This document shows positions 1 to 12,960 of a DNA stretch of 64,000 bases, one piece after another. The notes under the pieces were generated by a model, which saw only the letters and a list, made by a program, of their open reading frames with translations, ran no database searches and was not told the origin of the DNA. Where the stretch lies: NCBI RefSeq assembly GCF_009914755.1, contig NC_060927.1. One strand, written 5' to 3'. The DNA is from the human T2T-CHM13v2.0 reference genome, Homo sapiens. The first letter of the stretch is position 1, and every line of letters starts with the position of its first letter. Position numbers and translations under genes: made by a program.

Positions 1-210
1 ATTTATATTGCTGTATAGCATTTCATTATATAAATTCTCTTACTTAGTCTCTGACTGGCTGGGAAGTCACCTTTTCCACTGGCGTGGAAGAGAAAAAAGC
101 CAACAGAACTTGTCCCACTAGGATTAAGTGCAGTGCCAGGTTATCCCACACAGAGAAAAGAAAGCCGAGCTTATATACAAAATCAACTAGGTTTTTTCAA
201 GCAGAATCTT

Positions 211-340
211 TGATATTATTAATATTAAGTGTATACATACATATATTATTAATATTAGGTATATATAAAGATTATTAATATTAGGTGTATATAACACATA
301 TACACCTAATATAATTAATATTAATAATATTAAAGATTAT
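211..340. repeat. AT-rich degenerate ~30-bp tandem repeat with an embedded 15-bp inverted repeat
   Basis: Three copies of ATTATTAATATTA(A/G)GT, then ATATTAGGTGTATAT-aacac-ATATACACCTAATAT (278-312). Confidence 0.8.
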
Positions 341-1088
341 ATTTGCCTTCGAGTAAATATACGTAAACACATATGTTTTAGGGCCATAAGAAGTGGTTAA
401 CAAGTGAAGATACCAGATAAATGTCCCCCACACTTTTCTGTTTTACATTTTAGCTTTTCTCTCTGCATTGTGAAAAGAGATGGAGGCTACTTTAGACAAA
501 ATGCCCAGCATATATCAGGTTATGAAGGGGGTCCTGAGGAACTTAGGGCTTAGACCTAGTGCTATATAGCAGAAGCATAGCAGACTGCTTCAGGCCCTGG
601 CTAAAGAGAAACCTGAAACAGAAATAACTTAACTTGCCACATTCCATCCATGGCAGCCTCCATCACCCGAGAAGAGGCAGCTACCAAACCCTGGGCTATT
701 AAAGGCTGGATTTGATTATTTACTCTTGGTGTCATGACAAACTCATAAAAGATATAACACAAGCCCCCCAGTCAAACCACACTGGTTATCTCCAAGCTGG
801 CTCCACAGGCTGACTTTTGAATGAAGGTGTTTTTATAAGGATGTGGTGTACGCTGAGCCAAAGGACAAAACCATTGGAAGATAGTTCATCTCTCAGTCCT
901 TGTTTTCAGCAATTGCTAGGGCTGCAAATTTGGAGCTCGATAATGGAGTGTGCCCCACTGTCAAGTTCCATTAGATGGTCTGTGTGGTCTTGAAGTCTCG
1001 GGCTCTGTGAGTATAGTTTTGTAGATGATAGGCAAGAGAAACTATGGAAAGGGCAACCCCTCTGTATCAGCTGTTATCACAATAATAA

Positions 1089-1872
1089 TCATCATCACTG
1101 GCCATCAGAGAAATGCAAATCAAAACCACTATGAGATATCATCTCACACCAGTTAGAATGGCAATCATTAAAAAGTCAGGAAACAACAGGTGCTGGAGAG
1201 GATGCGGAGAAATAGGAACACTTTTACACTGTTGGTGGGACTGTAAACTAGTTCAACCATTGTGGAAGTCAGTGTGGCGATTCCTCAGGGATCTAGAACT
1301 AGAAATACCATTTGACCCAGCCATCCCATTACTGGGTATATACCCAAATGAGTATAAATCATGCTGCTATAAAGACACATGCACACGTATGTTTATTGCG
1401 GCACTATTCACAATAGCAAAGACTTGGAACCAACCCAAATGTCCAACAATGATAGACTGGATTAAGAAAATGTGGCACATATACACCATGGAATACTATG
1501 CAGCCATAAAAAATGATGAGTTCATATCCTTTGTAGGGACATGGATGAAATTGGAAACCATCATTCTCAGTAAACTATCGCAAGAACAAAAAACCAAACA
1601 CCGCATATTCTCACTCATAGGTGGGAATTGAACAATGAGATCACATGGACACAGGAAGGGGAATATCACACTCTGGGGACTGTGGTGGGGTTGGGGGAGG
1701 GGGGAGGGATAGTATTGGGAGATATACCTAATGCTAGATGACACATTAGTGGGTGCAGCGCACCAGCATGGCACATGTATACATATGTAACTAACCTGCA
1801 CAATGTGCACATGTACCCTAAAACTTAGAGTATAATAAAAAAAATAAAATAAAATAAAATAAAAAATAAATG

Positions 1873-1916
<44 letters not shown>
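1089..1916 (+). mobile_element. 5'-truncated L1HS, Ta-1 subset (ORF2 C-terminus, 3' UTR, poly-A)
   Basis: The ORF2 tail is intact (1113-1631, ending ...SLIGGN*). Ta diagnostics GATGAC-ACA-TTAG and AAACTTAGAGTAT are present, as is the Ta-1-type CCCAAATGAGTAT (YPNEYK). The tail ends in a pure A44 run. Confidence 0.93.
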
Positions 1917-1920
<4 letters not shown>

Positions 1921-2079
1921 TCCTCTATGTAGAAGTGGAAAAAATATGGGAATGGCTACCAAAATCCCTTTGGAAGACTGAAAAATCCTTTAATCTAGTA
2001 ATTTTTAATCTTCAGACTATTTCTTAACGGGATGTAAAGATATAAGCAATGATAATGATGTTAGAGCCTAGTGTTCCAT

Positions 2080-2510
2080 GCAATGGGAAACAACCTAAAT
2101 GTTATTTAAGACAGGAAATAACCCAAATGTCTCTCAACAAGGACTGATTAAACAAATAATTATATGATGATGCAATGAAATGTTGCTCAACTATTGAAAC
2201 ATAATAATGTAGATCAAGGGTTAGAAACATTTTCTGCAAAGGGCCAATAGTAAATATTTTAGCCTTCATGAGTAAGGTTATCTCTGTTGCAGCTATTCAT
2301 CTCTGCCATTCTAGCTCAAAAGCAGCCAGATATCATACATAAATGAATAGACATGGCTGTGTTCCATTTGAACTTTATTTACAAAAACAGGCATTGGTCA
2401 GGATTTGGCCCTTGGACCATCATTTGCTGAAACCTGGTATAGATGATGTTCTCCTTGACATATAAAGATGCCCACATTATATTGATTAGTGAAAAAAAAA
2501 TCACATTAGG
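2080..2510 (+). mobile_element. Old L1M 3' fragment interrupted by MER58A
   Basis: ggaaataacccaaatgtc...gattaaacaaat motifs before the MER58 and gatgcccacattatattgattagtgaaaaa after it. Confidence 0.5.
2215..2437. mobile_element. MER58A (hAT-Charlie MITE)
   Basis: aaagggccaatagtaaatattttag...aactttatttacaaaaacaggc...ggatttggccc resembles the MER58A consensus. Confidence 0.8.
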
Positions 2511-4532
2511 AAGCATATAGTATCCTTAAAGAATAATAGCAACATATAAGCCTGGAAAAAGTCCTAAATGGCAGGGTTGTGTTTTACATTTTTTCTTCTT
2601 TGTGCATGTATTCTTTTCCTTCCCAGGGGAAGGGGAATACAGAAGAGAAAATGAGTTTTAACTTTAAAAAAAAAGTGATTGTACCAGAGAAAGAAGTTGT
2701 CCTAATGTAGAGATAACAATGGCACTCTTATTAAATAAAATCTTCCAGTATTTTGCCACTGTCAATCAACTCAGAAGCTGAAAATACCACATTGTCACCA
2801 GCCACAGTAAAAAGCTAAATTGCATTCATGGAACAAGTCCAACTCAAGCCATTTTTTAATTCAAGTATGACTTTTTCAATTTATCCTTCCAAATTCAGCC
2901 TGAGGGCTCCCCCCAATCTGTGATTCTTTCACTAGTCCGAAGTGGTGTGACATTTGACAAGTTTTTGACCCTGCAGAGTGAAGCCTTAGAATTCTTCTCT
3001 CTGAGCCCTTTCTGCAATAAAAGTTCACAATTTGGTGACTCTTTGTGGAGGGACCTTTAACTGTTGACAGAGAGTAGTTTCTGCCCCAGGATGCCTATTA
3101 AAGTTATAATGGTTATCACAGTTAGGACGTTGAAACTGTGGTCAGCTGCTGCCTATTCAGGAAGTTGTTGTGTGTCGTGGGTTGTTTCCTAAAGCCTGTT
3201 CCATTGTGGTCATGGGACGTGCACATTTTCTATTCATAACCTCAGCTAAGCTCAAGTTGACAGCAGTTTAAATGGAAATGGTGTGCCAGCTGAACAAGAA
3301 CTATACTTTTCTCACTTGCTATCTAAGTTGGAAAGAGAGCCCACTCCAGAGAGAACAAATGAAATTTAATATATTATGGGGTTGGACTTAGGAGCAAAGC
3401 CAAAGTTGTTTAAGGTGATGTTCTCTTAACATAAAATTTGACTTTCAAAGATATAGCTCCAACTCGACATATCTGAGGAACAAGAAGTCTCTACAATTCC
3501 TGTCTGGGACTATGGAGTCTATGGTCTAGACAAGAAAGCAGCAAAGAGAGGCATTTGGCAGAGAGGCGGGGAGATAACTAATGCATGAGCATTCCATCAT
3601 TTCCAGTGAGTTTTTGTTAAGGGAAAATTGTTCATTAAATGGAGAGCCAGAGTTCTGGGGTAGGAATGACAGCCCTAACATTTTCAGCAGGCATTTTTAT
3701 CCCCCATCTCCTGATCCCAGCCTCTTCTTTGGGCCTCTTGGGGACCTCTAATGAGCTCTCCACAAGGCAAGATTCCTATTATCAAAAGAGAACGGGCTCA
3801 CAGCTGACCTTTGTGAAATAATTTACCTTTTACCTGCTGTGTTCCTTCTTTAGAGAACAAACCACACCACACATTATGCTGTGAGCTAAAAATGGAACTT
3901 TCTGAGAGTACAACAGAGTGTTTGCTTTGTCCAGTAAGAAATCTGTGTTGGCAAAGAAATCAAGCCAGAAACATTCAGCAGAAAAAAAAAAAAAATAGGG
4001 GGAAGAGGTTTTGTCTCTAGTGTGGTATTCTAGTACTTCCTCTTTTCACGTTTTGAGTTTCTTTGGCATTGTTGAGAATCTACACAGACATGAAATGCCA
4101 TAAAAGGTCTTGATATCCAGTAGGGTTGGGGATGTACATTCCTTGTTATACCAAAATTGCCAGTAATTGGGCATTGTGTGTGTATGTGACTACAAAGCCA
4201 TGCTTCTGTTGAGAACATTGAAAAACTATGGGTGTGGTTCAAAAAGAACAGGCTTTAACAGGCAATTGGAATGCTAGTCTGAAGTTGGCTCTCTTATTCC
4301 CTTAGCAAGAGGCAGGGGAAATGGGTCAAAGTCCATTGGGATGGGTAATGAGGGGACAACACCAGGGAAGACTCATTGGCAAAGGCTAAAGCATTTGACC
4401 CATTAACTGTCATTTACCAGTAACTCCATCAACATTATACTTCTCTTTTCTATCTAAACTGAAACGATTATTCAAAGCTTTTATTCAGATTTTCATTCAT
4501 TTAACGTTCAACAAATACTTCCTGAGTTTCTA

Positions 4533-4699
4533 TAGTCCTTGCTACCCAAATTCTGGTTCATAAAACATCAGCATGCACATCATCTGGGAGCGTGTTAAAA
4601 TGCAGAATCTCAGGCCCAATCCCAGCCCTACTGAATCAGAATATGCATTTTAATAAGATCCACAGGAATTTGTATACATACTCAAGTTTCAGAAGCACT
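4533..4699. mobile_element. MER5A (hAT-Charlie)
   Basis: aaatgcagaatctcaggccc...ctactgaatcagaa...gcattttaataagatcc core. Confidence 0.8.
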
Positions 4700-6039
4700 A
4701 AATTATGTGATTGATATTCATTGTATGAATAAATGAGTGAATGAACACCATTAGTTCACTAGAGGCTCCCCATCAGGATACTCCGGTTTTGCTGTGTTTA
4801 CACAGGAGAATTCCCACCCCAACTCACCAACATCACCCAGTGCCATAGATCATGTAAGCAGGCTTGGTGCCATTTTACACTGGGACCTCAGAAACACATG
4901 GGTACAGAATTGAGGTGAGTGAACAGGAAAAGTGGGACCTTTGTGAACTGAAAGAGTGAGGGTTGCTGCCCAAATTTCATGTTGAAAACTTGGGCTTGAT
5001 CTGGGTGAGCCATTTGCAAGGAGTTACAGCAGGCTAGGTTTTAGATTCTAGAAGGTAAGTTTGTTTTGGATTCAACCAAATGGGTTGGAGTCAAAGGCCA
5101 GACCAGGATTTGGGTTACAATCAGGCAGGTAACCCCTGAAAGAAGGTTAGAGGACAGGCTAACACAGGGACCTATGTGGATGTTCAGGGATCTGTGTGAC
5201 ATACCTGACTTAGCCCAGCAGGAGTAATGCAAGATCTTAACAGTTGCAAGAGGTGGGAGAAGTTTTGTGTGGCTCTGAGTTGGACAGCAATATACTGCTG
5301 GCTGCCCTAATTAAGATGGGCCCAAAGTTTGAAGGACTGAGCCTGTAGGTTAGTAATCGATGGTGCAGACTGAGGAGAGGAGTTTAGAGAAAAGCTGGAG
5401 CATGCTTTCACCCAGAAGGAGGAGGGTGGTGAAGAGAAATAATGGCATCCCTGCACAGAAACAACATCCCTTTTGAGCTGAGTTTTGTAAAACTGAAAAA
5501 CAGGGAGTTAACAGGTGTTACAGCAGCAAAGCTGGAAACTGACCACAGGGCATTTGCATATTCTTGCAGCTCGTTTAGTGTTACTATTCTGTCCACCCTT
5601 ACTCAGTGGGCTCTGTGACAAATGAAACACAAGAGCTATGCAGATATTATTCATTTTTTCCCAGACTTCCTAGCCTGCCTTGATTATGCTTCTCTGCTGA
5701 TATGTTTTGCTTAAGCAATGGTTTATCTCAGTACTTTTAAGCTAACTGAGGTGATGGAAGAGGAAGGCAGGAGCAATTGGTCAGGAGTCCCAGCCAATGA
5801 TCAGATACAAATGCTTTCTTGTAAGACTAAGCCAAGTTCATAAACATCTGCTTTTCATCTACCAAAAACCTAGTTCCTCATTATCCTTAGACTCATCATT
5901 TCCCCCAACAGCATCCTCACAGTGTTGTTCCTTCCCACTCTCAAACCATGGTGTTCCAGGGCTCCTCCGATCTGGGCTCCAGGGATGGACACTGCATTCC
6001 CTTGGCCAGTGATTGGCTCAGGTTTGGCCCATGACACAG

Positions 6040-6445
6040 GCAATTGGCATATCCCATTATACCATCTTCTCCCAGCTAAAGCACTGAGTCTGTTACTCAC
6101 TTTGGCCTATTAAGACTTGATTCTGGAACTTCCGTCAAACTGATAAGGGAATCTTCTGATGGCCTGGAAAGGGTTTCATCTCAGTGTTCCTGGGAACTAT
6201 CGTGGGAAGAAGGGAACCTACTTGAGAGTAAGGCCATGATGGAGGAGAGCAAAGGCCAAAAATGAAAGCAGAAAGAGGCAGGGGACAGTAGAAAGAGAGA
6301 GAGAGAGAGACCTGTTGATATCTTCTTGCATTTAGCAATGCCTCAAGCTTGTCCTTTTGTGGACAATTATCATTTCAATTATAAAAGCCAATAAATTCCC
6401 TTTTACTTATTGAACCAGTTGGCATTCTATCTCTCGCAACTAAGA
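6040..6445 (+). mobile_element. Old MaLR (MLT1-type) LTR
   Basis: aagccaataaattcccttt...ttggcattctatctctcgcaactaaga 3' end, typical of old MLT1 LTRs. Confidence 0.5.
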
Positions 6446-7097
6446 ATTGAACAGGATGCTAGAGTATCAGCAGTCCTCTGACACTGTCGCACTGAAACAG
6501 ACATCTTCAGAGCTGGACATCCGCAACAGAGGAGGCAATGCTGGCTGGGTCATTTTTTAAATGAGGAAAATGAGACAAAAAAAGTCAGCAAGTGCATTCC
6601 CTCATCTTTGGGAAATTACAGCTTAATAAAACTCATTGTTTCTATTTATTTGTTTCTTTGGTCAGCACATTGAACTTATCATTTCTCATGTTAGTCACCA
6701 CCTTTAATTTACATTTAATCATATGATACTACATTTAATCATATGATAATACAATAGAAAGCACTACTATCTTAGAAAACTGAGGTTCAGAGTGGTTTAA
6801 GTCATTCACCTTAGGTCAAACGGCCAGTATATCTCTCACTTTGTCTCTGAAAGGAAATGCTTCAGTCCATTGACTTTTTTTCTTTCAGTCCATTGAGTTT
6901 AAGAGTCAAAATGCCTGACTGATTCTTGAGCCACTTAATTAGTAATATTACTTGAGCTCTCATTATATATCAAGAGTTGACATGAGCAGAGTTACCAAAG
7001 CACTTTGTGGAAAGTTGGGTCCAAATGAAAACATAAAAAAGCCTGGGTTGTGAGTAGTCTGGGGAGGCTCAGGCTCTAGTAGTAAAATAATTATTTA

Positions 7098-7412
<315 letters not shown>

Positions 7413-7629
7413 CTATGTAGGCTACATTTCTGCTTTTGAAAAGAATTAATAGAGCATTTTTTCCTTACAACTATTTATAATCGTACGCATCAATGACACG
7501 CACAAAATGGCCACTAAGAGTAAGAGGCAAGGCAATAAGGCCCATATAGAATGTTTAAATCCCATAATTTTAATAATCTTATCTCTACGATATAAACAGG
7601 GTTTTGCTTAGTGTAAATGGGGAAAAAAA

Positions 7630-7850
7630 GCATGGGTATTGGAGCAATGTAAAATCTAGGTTCTTTTCCTTGCATTCTGCCTTTTTTTGTTTTTTACAAC
7701 TAGCTGTTGTCTTCTTAATGCCTCTGAACCTCAGTTTTAAAAATATCTACAATAGTGTTAGTTATAACCCTTCAGAGTGGCTGTTATAATGAATAAATAA
7801 GGTGCCTTGCACAGTGCGTACCACATAGTAACCATTCAACACATCTCTCC
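7630..7850 (+). mobile_element. MIR fragment
   Basis: ctctgaacctcagtttt...gcacagtgcgtaccacatagtaaccattcaa core and tail. Confidence 0.6.
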
Positions 7851-8490
7851 CTCTCCAGGGGAAGGTAAGAAGACTGATTTTCTGGTGAGAATTTTAGAAA
7901 TTATCCTCATGAACACATGGTCCCCTGTAAATCTAGCACTCCTTTAAATTGATCCAATTAACCTCTAAGTGAACAGAACTTCTGATTTAAATATTAAGTT
8001 ATTTGTCAAACTCTTATTTGTGTGTTTGTTTTTAAAACTCTATATAGCTCCATAAAGCTTTTTAAATACTAGTTAAAGATGAAAGCAGAATTTTATTTTA
8101 AAGTTAGCAATTCATCTGTATTGTTTCTGAGGGAAATAAAATTAAAATGATTGTTCTATAAATACTCCTGAGACTGAGAAATCTACAGGAGAAAACTGAG
8201 AAACAAAGTTTCCATGACATTTCATATCTCTTAAAGTATGAAATACACATTAAAATATTAAAAATGTAGAAAAGAAGACAAGCTGTAATATTAAACAATA
8301 TAAACAGTATTGACTCTTGAAGTCATTGTGTTATGTAGACAGAGAGAGATATTTTTCCTATTAGAAACAGAGTTAGACAGAGATAATATATGAAGAAATG
8401 CACCCCAAATTCTAGAATGAAGAAAAAGGGGGAAAAGAAAGAAAGACTTGAGTAGTGATTTGGAAATGTGGCCAACATGAATCTTCATGC

Positions 8491-8580
8491 TACCTCAAAT
8501 ATCCAATGACAATGGCAACCAGTAGGAAATGGTTACCTCAGTTATCCAATGACAATGGTAACCAGTAGGAAATGGTTACC
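8491..8580 (+). repeat. 43-bp tandem duplication (2.1 copies)
   Basis: 8491-8533 versus 8534-8576, 40/43 identical. Confidence 0.9.
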
Positions 8581-8622
8581 AATGCAAGGAAGATTATGTC
8601 CTCCTTGAAGTGTGGGGTGGGG

Positions 8623-8668
8623 TGTGTATGCGTGCGTGTGTTTCTGTGTGTGTGTGTGTGTGTGTGTA
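8623..8668. repeat. Imperfect (TG)n microsatellite
   Basis: gtgtgtatgcgtgcgtgtgtttctgtgtgtgtgtgtgtgtgtgt. Confidence 0.9.
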
Positions 8669-10191
8669 TGTTGTGTAGGAAGCGGGGGCAGGAAGGACAA
8701 GCATAGGAAGTAGAAGAGGCCAAAGAATTTTAGCGGCAATTCTCCCACTTACTCATATCCGGAACAAAGAACACGGCCAAGTGAGAAAGCTCTTCCTCCT
8801 CACGCATGCACTTTAGGGGCAAGCAGATTTGGAATAATAACCGTGACTTTGGAATAATCTTCCCAAACTGGAGCACCTATTGTCAAATGTTAATGGCCCT
8901 ACTGACAAGAACCAACCAGGCAGTTGAGATCAACAAACGTGGGATATGACAACCTTCGCTGTCATGAAAAATATTTCCAATGAAAATAGTTCCTAATGTG
9001 TGACTGATCAAAGATGGTAAGCATTTGCGTAGAATTAAGTCATTTCTTATATATTTCATACTAAAAGTTAAATGTTTGTCATGAGAATTATTTTCCTGGA
9101 AAGACAGGTGATAAAATCATCTAAAAAGTTCACAGTGGAGTTAATAATCATAATTCAAAAGCATTTTAGAAATAAATTAGCAGGTGCCAAGACACTCATT
9201 ACTTTGGTTGCGGTTATTTGGAAGAAAAAAAAACACTCTCGGGAGAATTGGTGAAGGACCTAAGAGAAAAGCATTCCATCTGTCTTAGAGACCAAATGAG
9301 TGTCAGCCAGCCTTTTCTTCTATCACAGACAACATGGAGGTTCCCCAAATCTGAGATGACTTTGTGGTGAATGGAGGCCAGGCAAGACCATACCTGTTTT
9401 AGGGGTCTCCCCAGTTCCTGTGACATCTTTTTTTGGAATTCTGACCCCACCTTGATCTATAGTATAACAATGAAATCACAGAGAGAGGCAGCCCCACTCC
9501 CTAAGGACAGGAAGGGAAGAGCCCCCAAACCATGTGAGGAGGCTGGGGAGATGTTGTGGACTGTGACTCTATCCTTTAATTATGCCGCAGAGCTCTGCCA
9601 TCCCACTGAGAGCCACACCTAACTGCTGACTGGGATAGGAAGAGGAGGCAGGGGTGTGGTCACTGCTATTGACCACTATGCCTACTTTCATCTCTGCTTA
9701 ATGGTGATGCTATTGCAGGATGCACCCCAGTAGCACCAATCAATGAATTATTTCCTTTCACATGTGTATCATGAAGAGGTTGCCAATCCACACTCTTTGA
9801 CACAGATATTTTGGGCTAATACTGATTAGGTTGTTCATGTTCTGAAGATGCTTCAGATGCGGTTCCTCAGAAGTGCACCCTTGGATGGATTTGTCAGGAA
9901 GTATTGCCAGGAAAACCGATAAGTGAAGTCAGATCAGGACAGGAAGGAAGCCCAGGCAGGGATGCCTCATTAGGTTCAGTCCAACAAAGGGTGCCTTTGG
10001 CTCGGTTCTGCAGGGAAACTGTGAGAGCGAAGAGTACAACTCAGAGCTGTCCTAATCAGGAGTGAGGGTGCTGGAGGATTGGTTCCCATGCACCTCTTTC
10101 TCATGGGATAGGGGCAGCCTCTGCAGGCCGTTACTATTGCCAGCAGGAAATGCTGGTTCCACCAACCTGAGGACAGTTCCCATCAAAGACA

Positions 10192-10572
<381 letters not shown>

Positions 10573-11929
10573 CTAGGCTGACATTGCACTTGAATTCCTT
10601 GCCACTATTATAGTGTTTAATTCTTGTGTCAAGCCTATGCTTAACAACTTTTTAAAGTGGAATCTACTATTTTCTTCATGATATAGATGTGAAAGCTAAG
10701 CATTAGAAAAGTTAAGTCCTTGGTCAGAAGTTATACAAGTAGAATATCATGGAGCTGGCATTCAGATCCAAGTCTATGTGTGCTCAGGGCCTAAATTCTT
10801 AATGATGCTTGCTTATTATATTATGTGCAGATAAATTTAGGAAATTCTAGCCTTTAAGTGATTTGTTTCTTGATCCTTGAACAATGTACAATATAAGTAC
10901 CTATATACTTATGAAAATTACAAGTATTTTCCTGAGTTATATAAACAACTTTTTGGCACATCCCAAAGATGGTTAAAATGTCTGTGACAAACAGCATGGC
11001 TCAAGAGATTAAAAAAACAAGTGTATGTACAAAATAAATTTATGATATTTTAGTCTTTCTAGTGTGATGGCAAATTAAACCTGCATTATAGAAGCAGCAT
11101 CATATAAAAAGTAAAATGAATATAAAATTATATGCTCAATCTTGAGAAGAGAGACAGAATCTTTAAATTTGGGAGACTTGGGAGACATTTTCCTTTATTC
11201 ATGGCTTATAAGGGTTTTCTTTTAAGATTGTAGTTTGTAGTTATATCAAACTATACTCTATAATTCATTTATTTAATTCCTGTTCTCTACTATATGAACA
11301 TAATTACTGAGAACAATCAATATGTCCCCATTTGATAAATGACTAAAATAAGAATAGCAGATTGCAACACAACGAGTTTTAAGGAGGTGAAGGATGTTTA
11401 CTATGATGCTACTGAAAGCTCCTCTGGCTTCTAGAGAAAGAATAATTTCCATTCCTGCTTCTCATTCCACTGACTGAGGTTTGTCTGTTTGCTTGGTGGA
11501 TTAGAAATGATTTTCAAATAGCCTGCTGGATACATCTAACAGAATCCTGGGATGGGGACTGGAAACATTCTGGAATTTATGTCCTGCACTCTGAGGTCAT
11601 TTTCATAAGACTACCACACAATTCTTTCTTCTCCAGACCATCGAGCAGTCTTCCATCAGAGCTGTTTGGGAGGGAGGAAGGAATCGGATGCAGTCTCTGG
11701 GCAGAAGAGCCATGATCCCACATGAGGGGGACGAATGTGTGCGAGCGCCAAGGTTCTGGGGGCCACACACCTAGGCAGCCAGGGTACAGGTGGCCATATG
11801 CACCTGAGCTCAGGGGCAAAGGAAGGCAGCAGGGAGGCATCTGCTCAGGACCCTGTGTGACACCATCCAGAGACCTCCCATCGAATATAGGGCTCTAGGC
11901 GTTTCTCCAGCCTTTTTATCATGTGGTAA

Positions 11930-12960
11930 TTTGATATTGTGGCATTTGGTACTTCATGGCCCCAATTTTTCAGGTCTACTTTTTTTGCATTCTTTGGTAT
12001 TGCACTCTGCGGCAGACACAATCCAAGGTGACCCCAATGACCTTGCTCTTGTATAATCCCCTTCCTTTGAGTGTAGAGTACACCTGTAACTCGCTTTTAC
12101 CCACTAGAATATGGCAACAGGATATCATTCCTGTGATTTGGTTATAAGATTCTATCTTAGCAGACTAGAGAGAGAGAAAGAGACTCTCCTGTGGACCTTG
12201 AAGCAGCCAGCTGCCTTGATGGGAACTGTCTCCGGAGAGGGCCACATGGCAGGGGACTAGAGGTGGCATCTATGGTATCTAGCTGCTCAGGACCTCAGTC
12301 CTACAAACACAAGGAAATAAACCCTGTCAATAATCACATGATCTTGGAAAATGATCCCCAAGCTCAGGTGAGACCCCAGACCTAGCCGACACTGATTATA
12401 GTTGTGAGACACTGAGCAGAGGACCATGTAAGCCCTGCTCAAACTTCCAACACACAGAAATTGTGAGCTAATAAATGTGTGTTATTTTAAACTGTTAAAC
12501 TTATAGCAACTGGTTGCACAGCAGTGAAAGCCTCATACAGCTCCCCACACTAATGATAGATTTGACCGTGTGACCTGCTTTGACCATTGAGAATGAAGAA
12601 AACAACACAAGAAGTGGCTTGTCAAAATAGGAGTGCATTTCTGCATTCTCTTTTCAACTCTTGCTACTGCCACAAAAACACATCTGGGCTAAGTTGCTGA
12701 AAACACGTGTGAGACCAGGGAAGAGAACTGATTTGTCCCCTCTAGGTCAATCCTAAATCAGCTAGACTTCAGCCAACCTGCCAACTAACCATAGACACAG
12801 GAGAAAGTCTAGCAGAGATCAGTGGAGCTCTGCTCAGATAGGCAGAACTTCCAACTGACCCATGAACTCATAAGAAAAAAATAAATGGTTGCTACCTTAA
12901 ACCACTAAGTTTTTAGGTGCTTTGTTATACAACATGTGTAGCAATAGATAATTGCTACAG
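11930..12960 (+). mobile_element. Nested MaLR LTRs: a younger MLT1 (~12008-12539) inside an older MLT1
   Basis: Inner element: tgcggcagac...ccaaggtgacccc...aataaatgtgtgttattttaaactgttaa...cataca. The outer element ends aataaatggttgctaccttaaaccactaag...gcaatagataattgctaca. Confidence 0.7.

Noticed and set aside
4760-5830. Possible ancient LTR-element internal region (peptide TLNELQEYANA resembles gag)
   Set aside because: The similarity is too short to call without a profile search.
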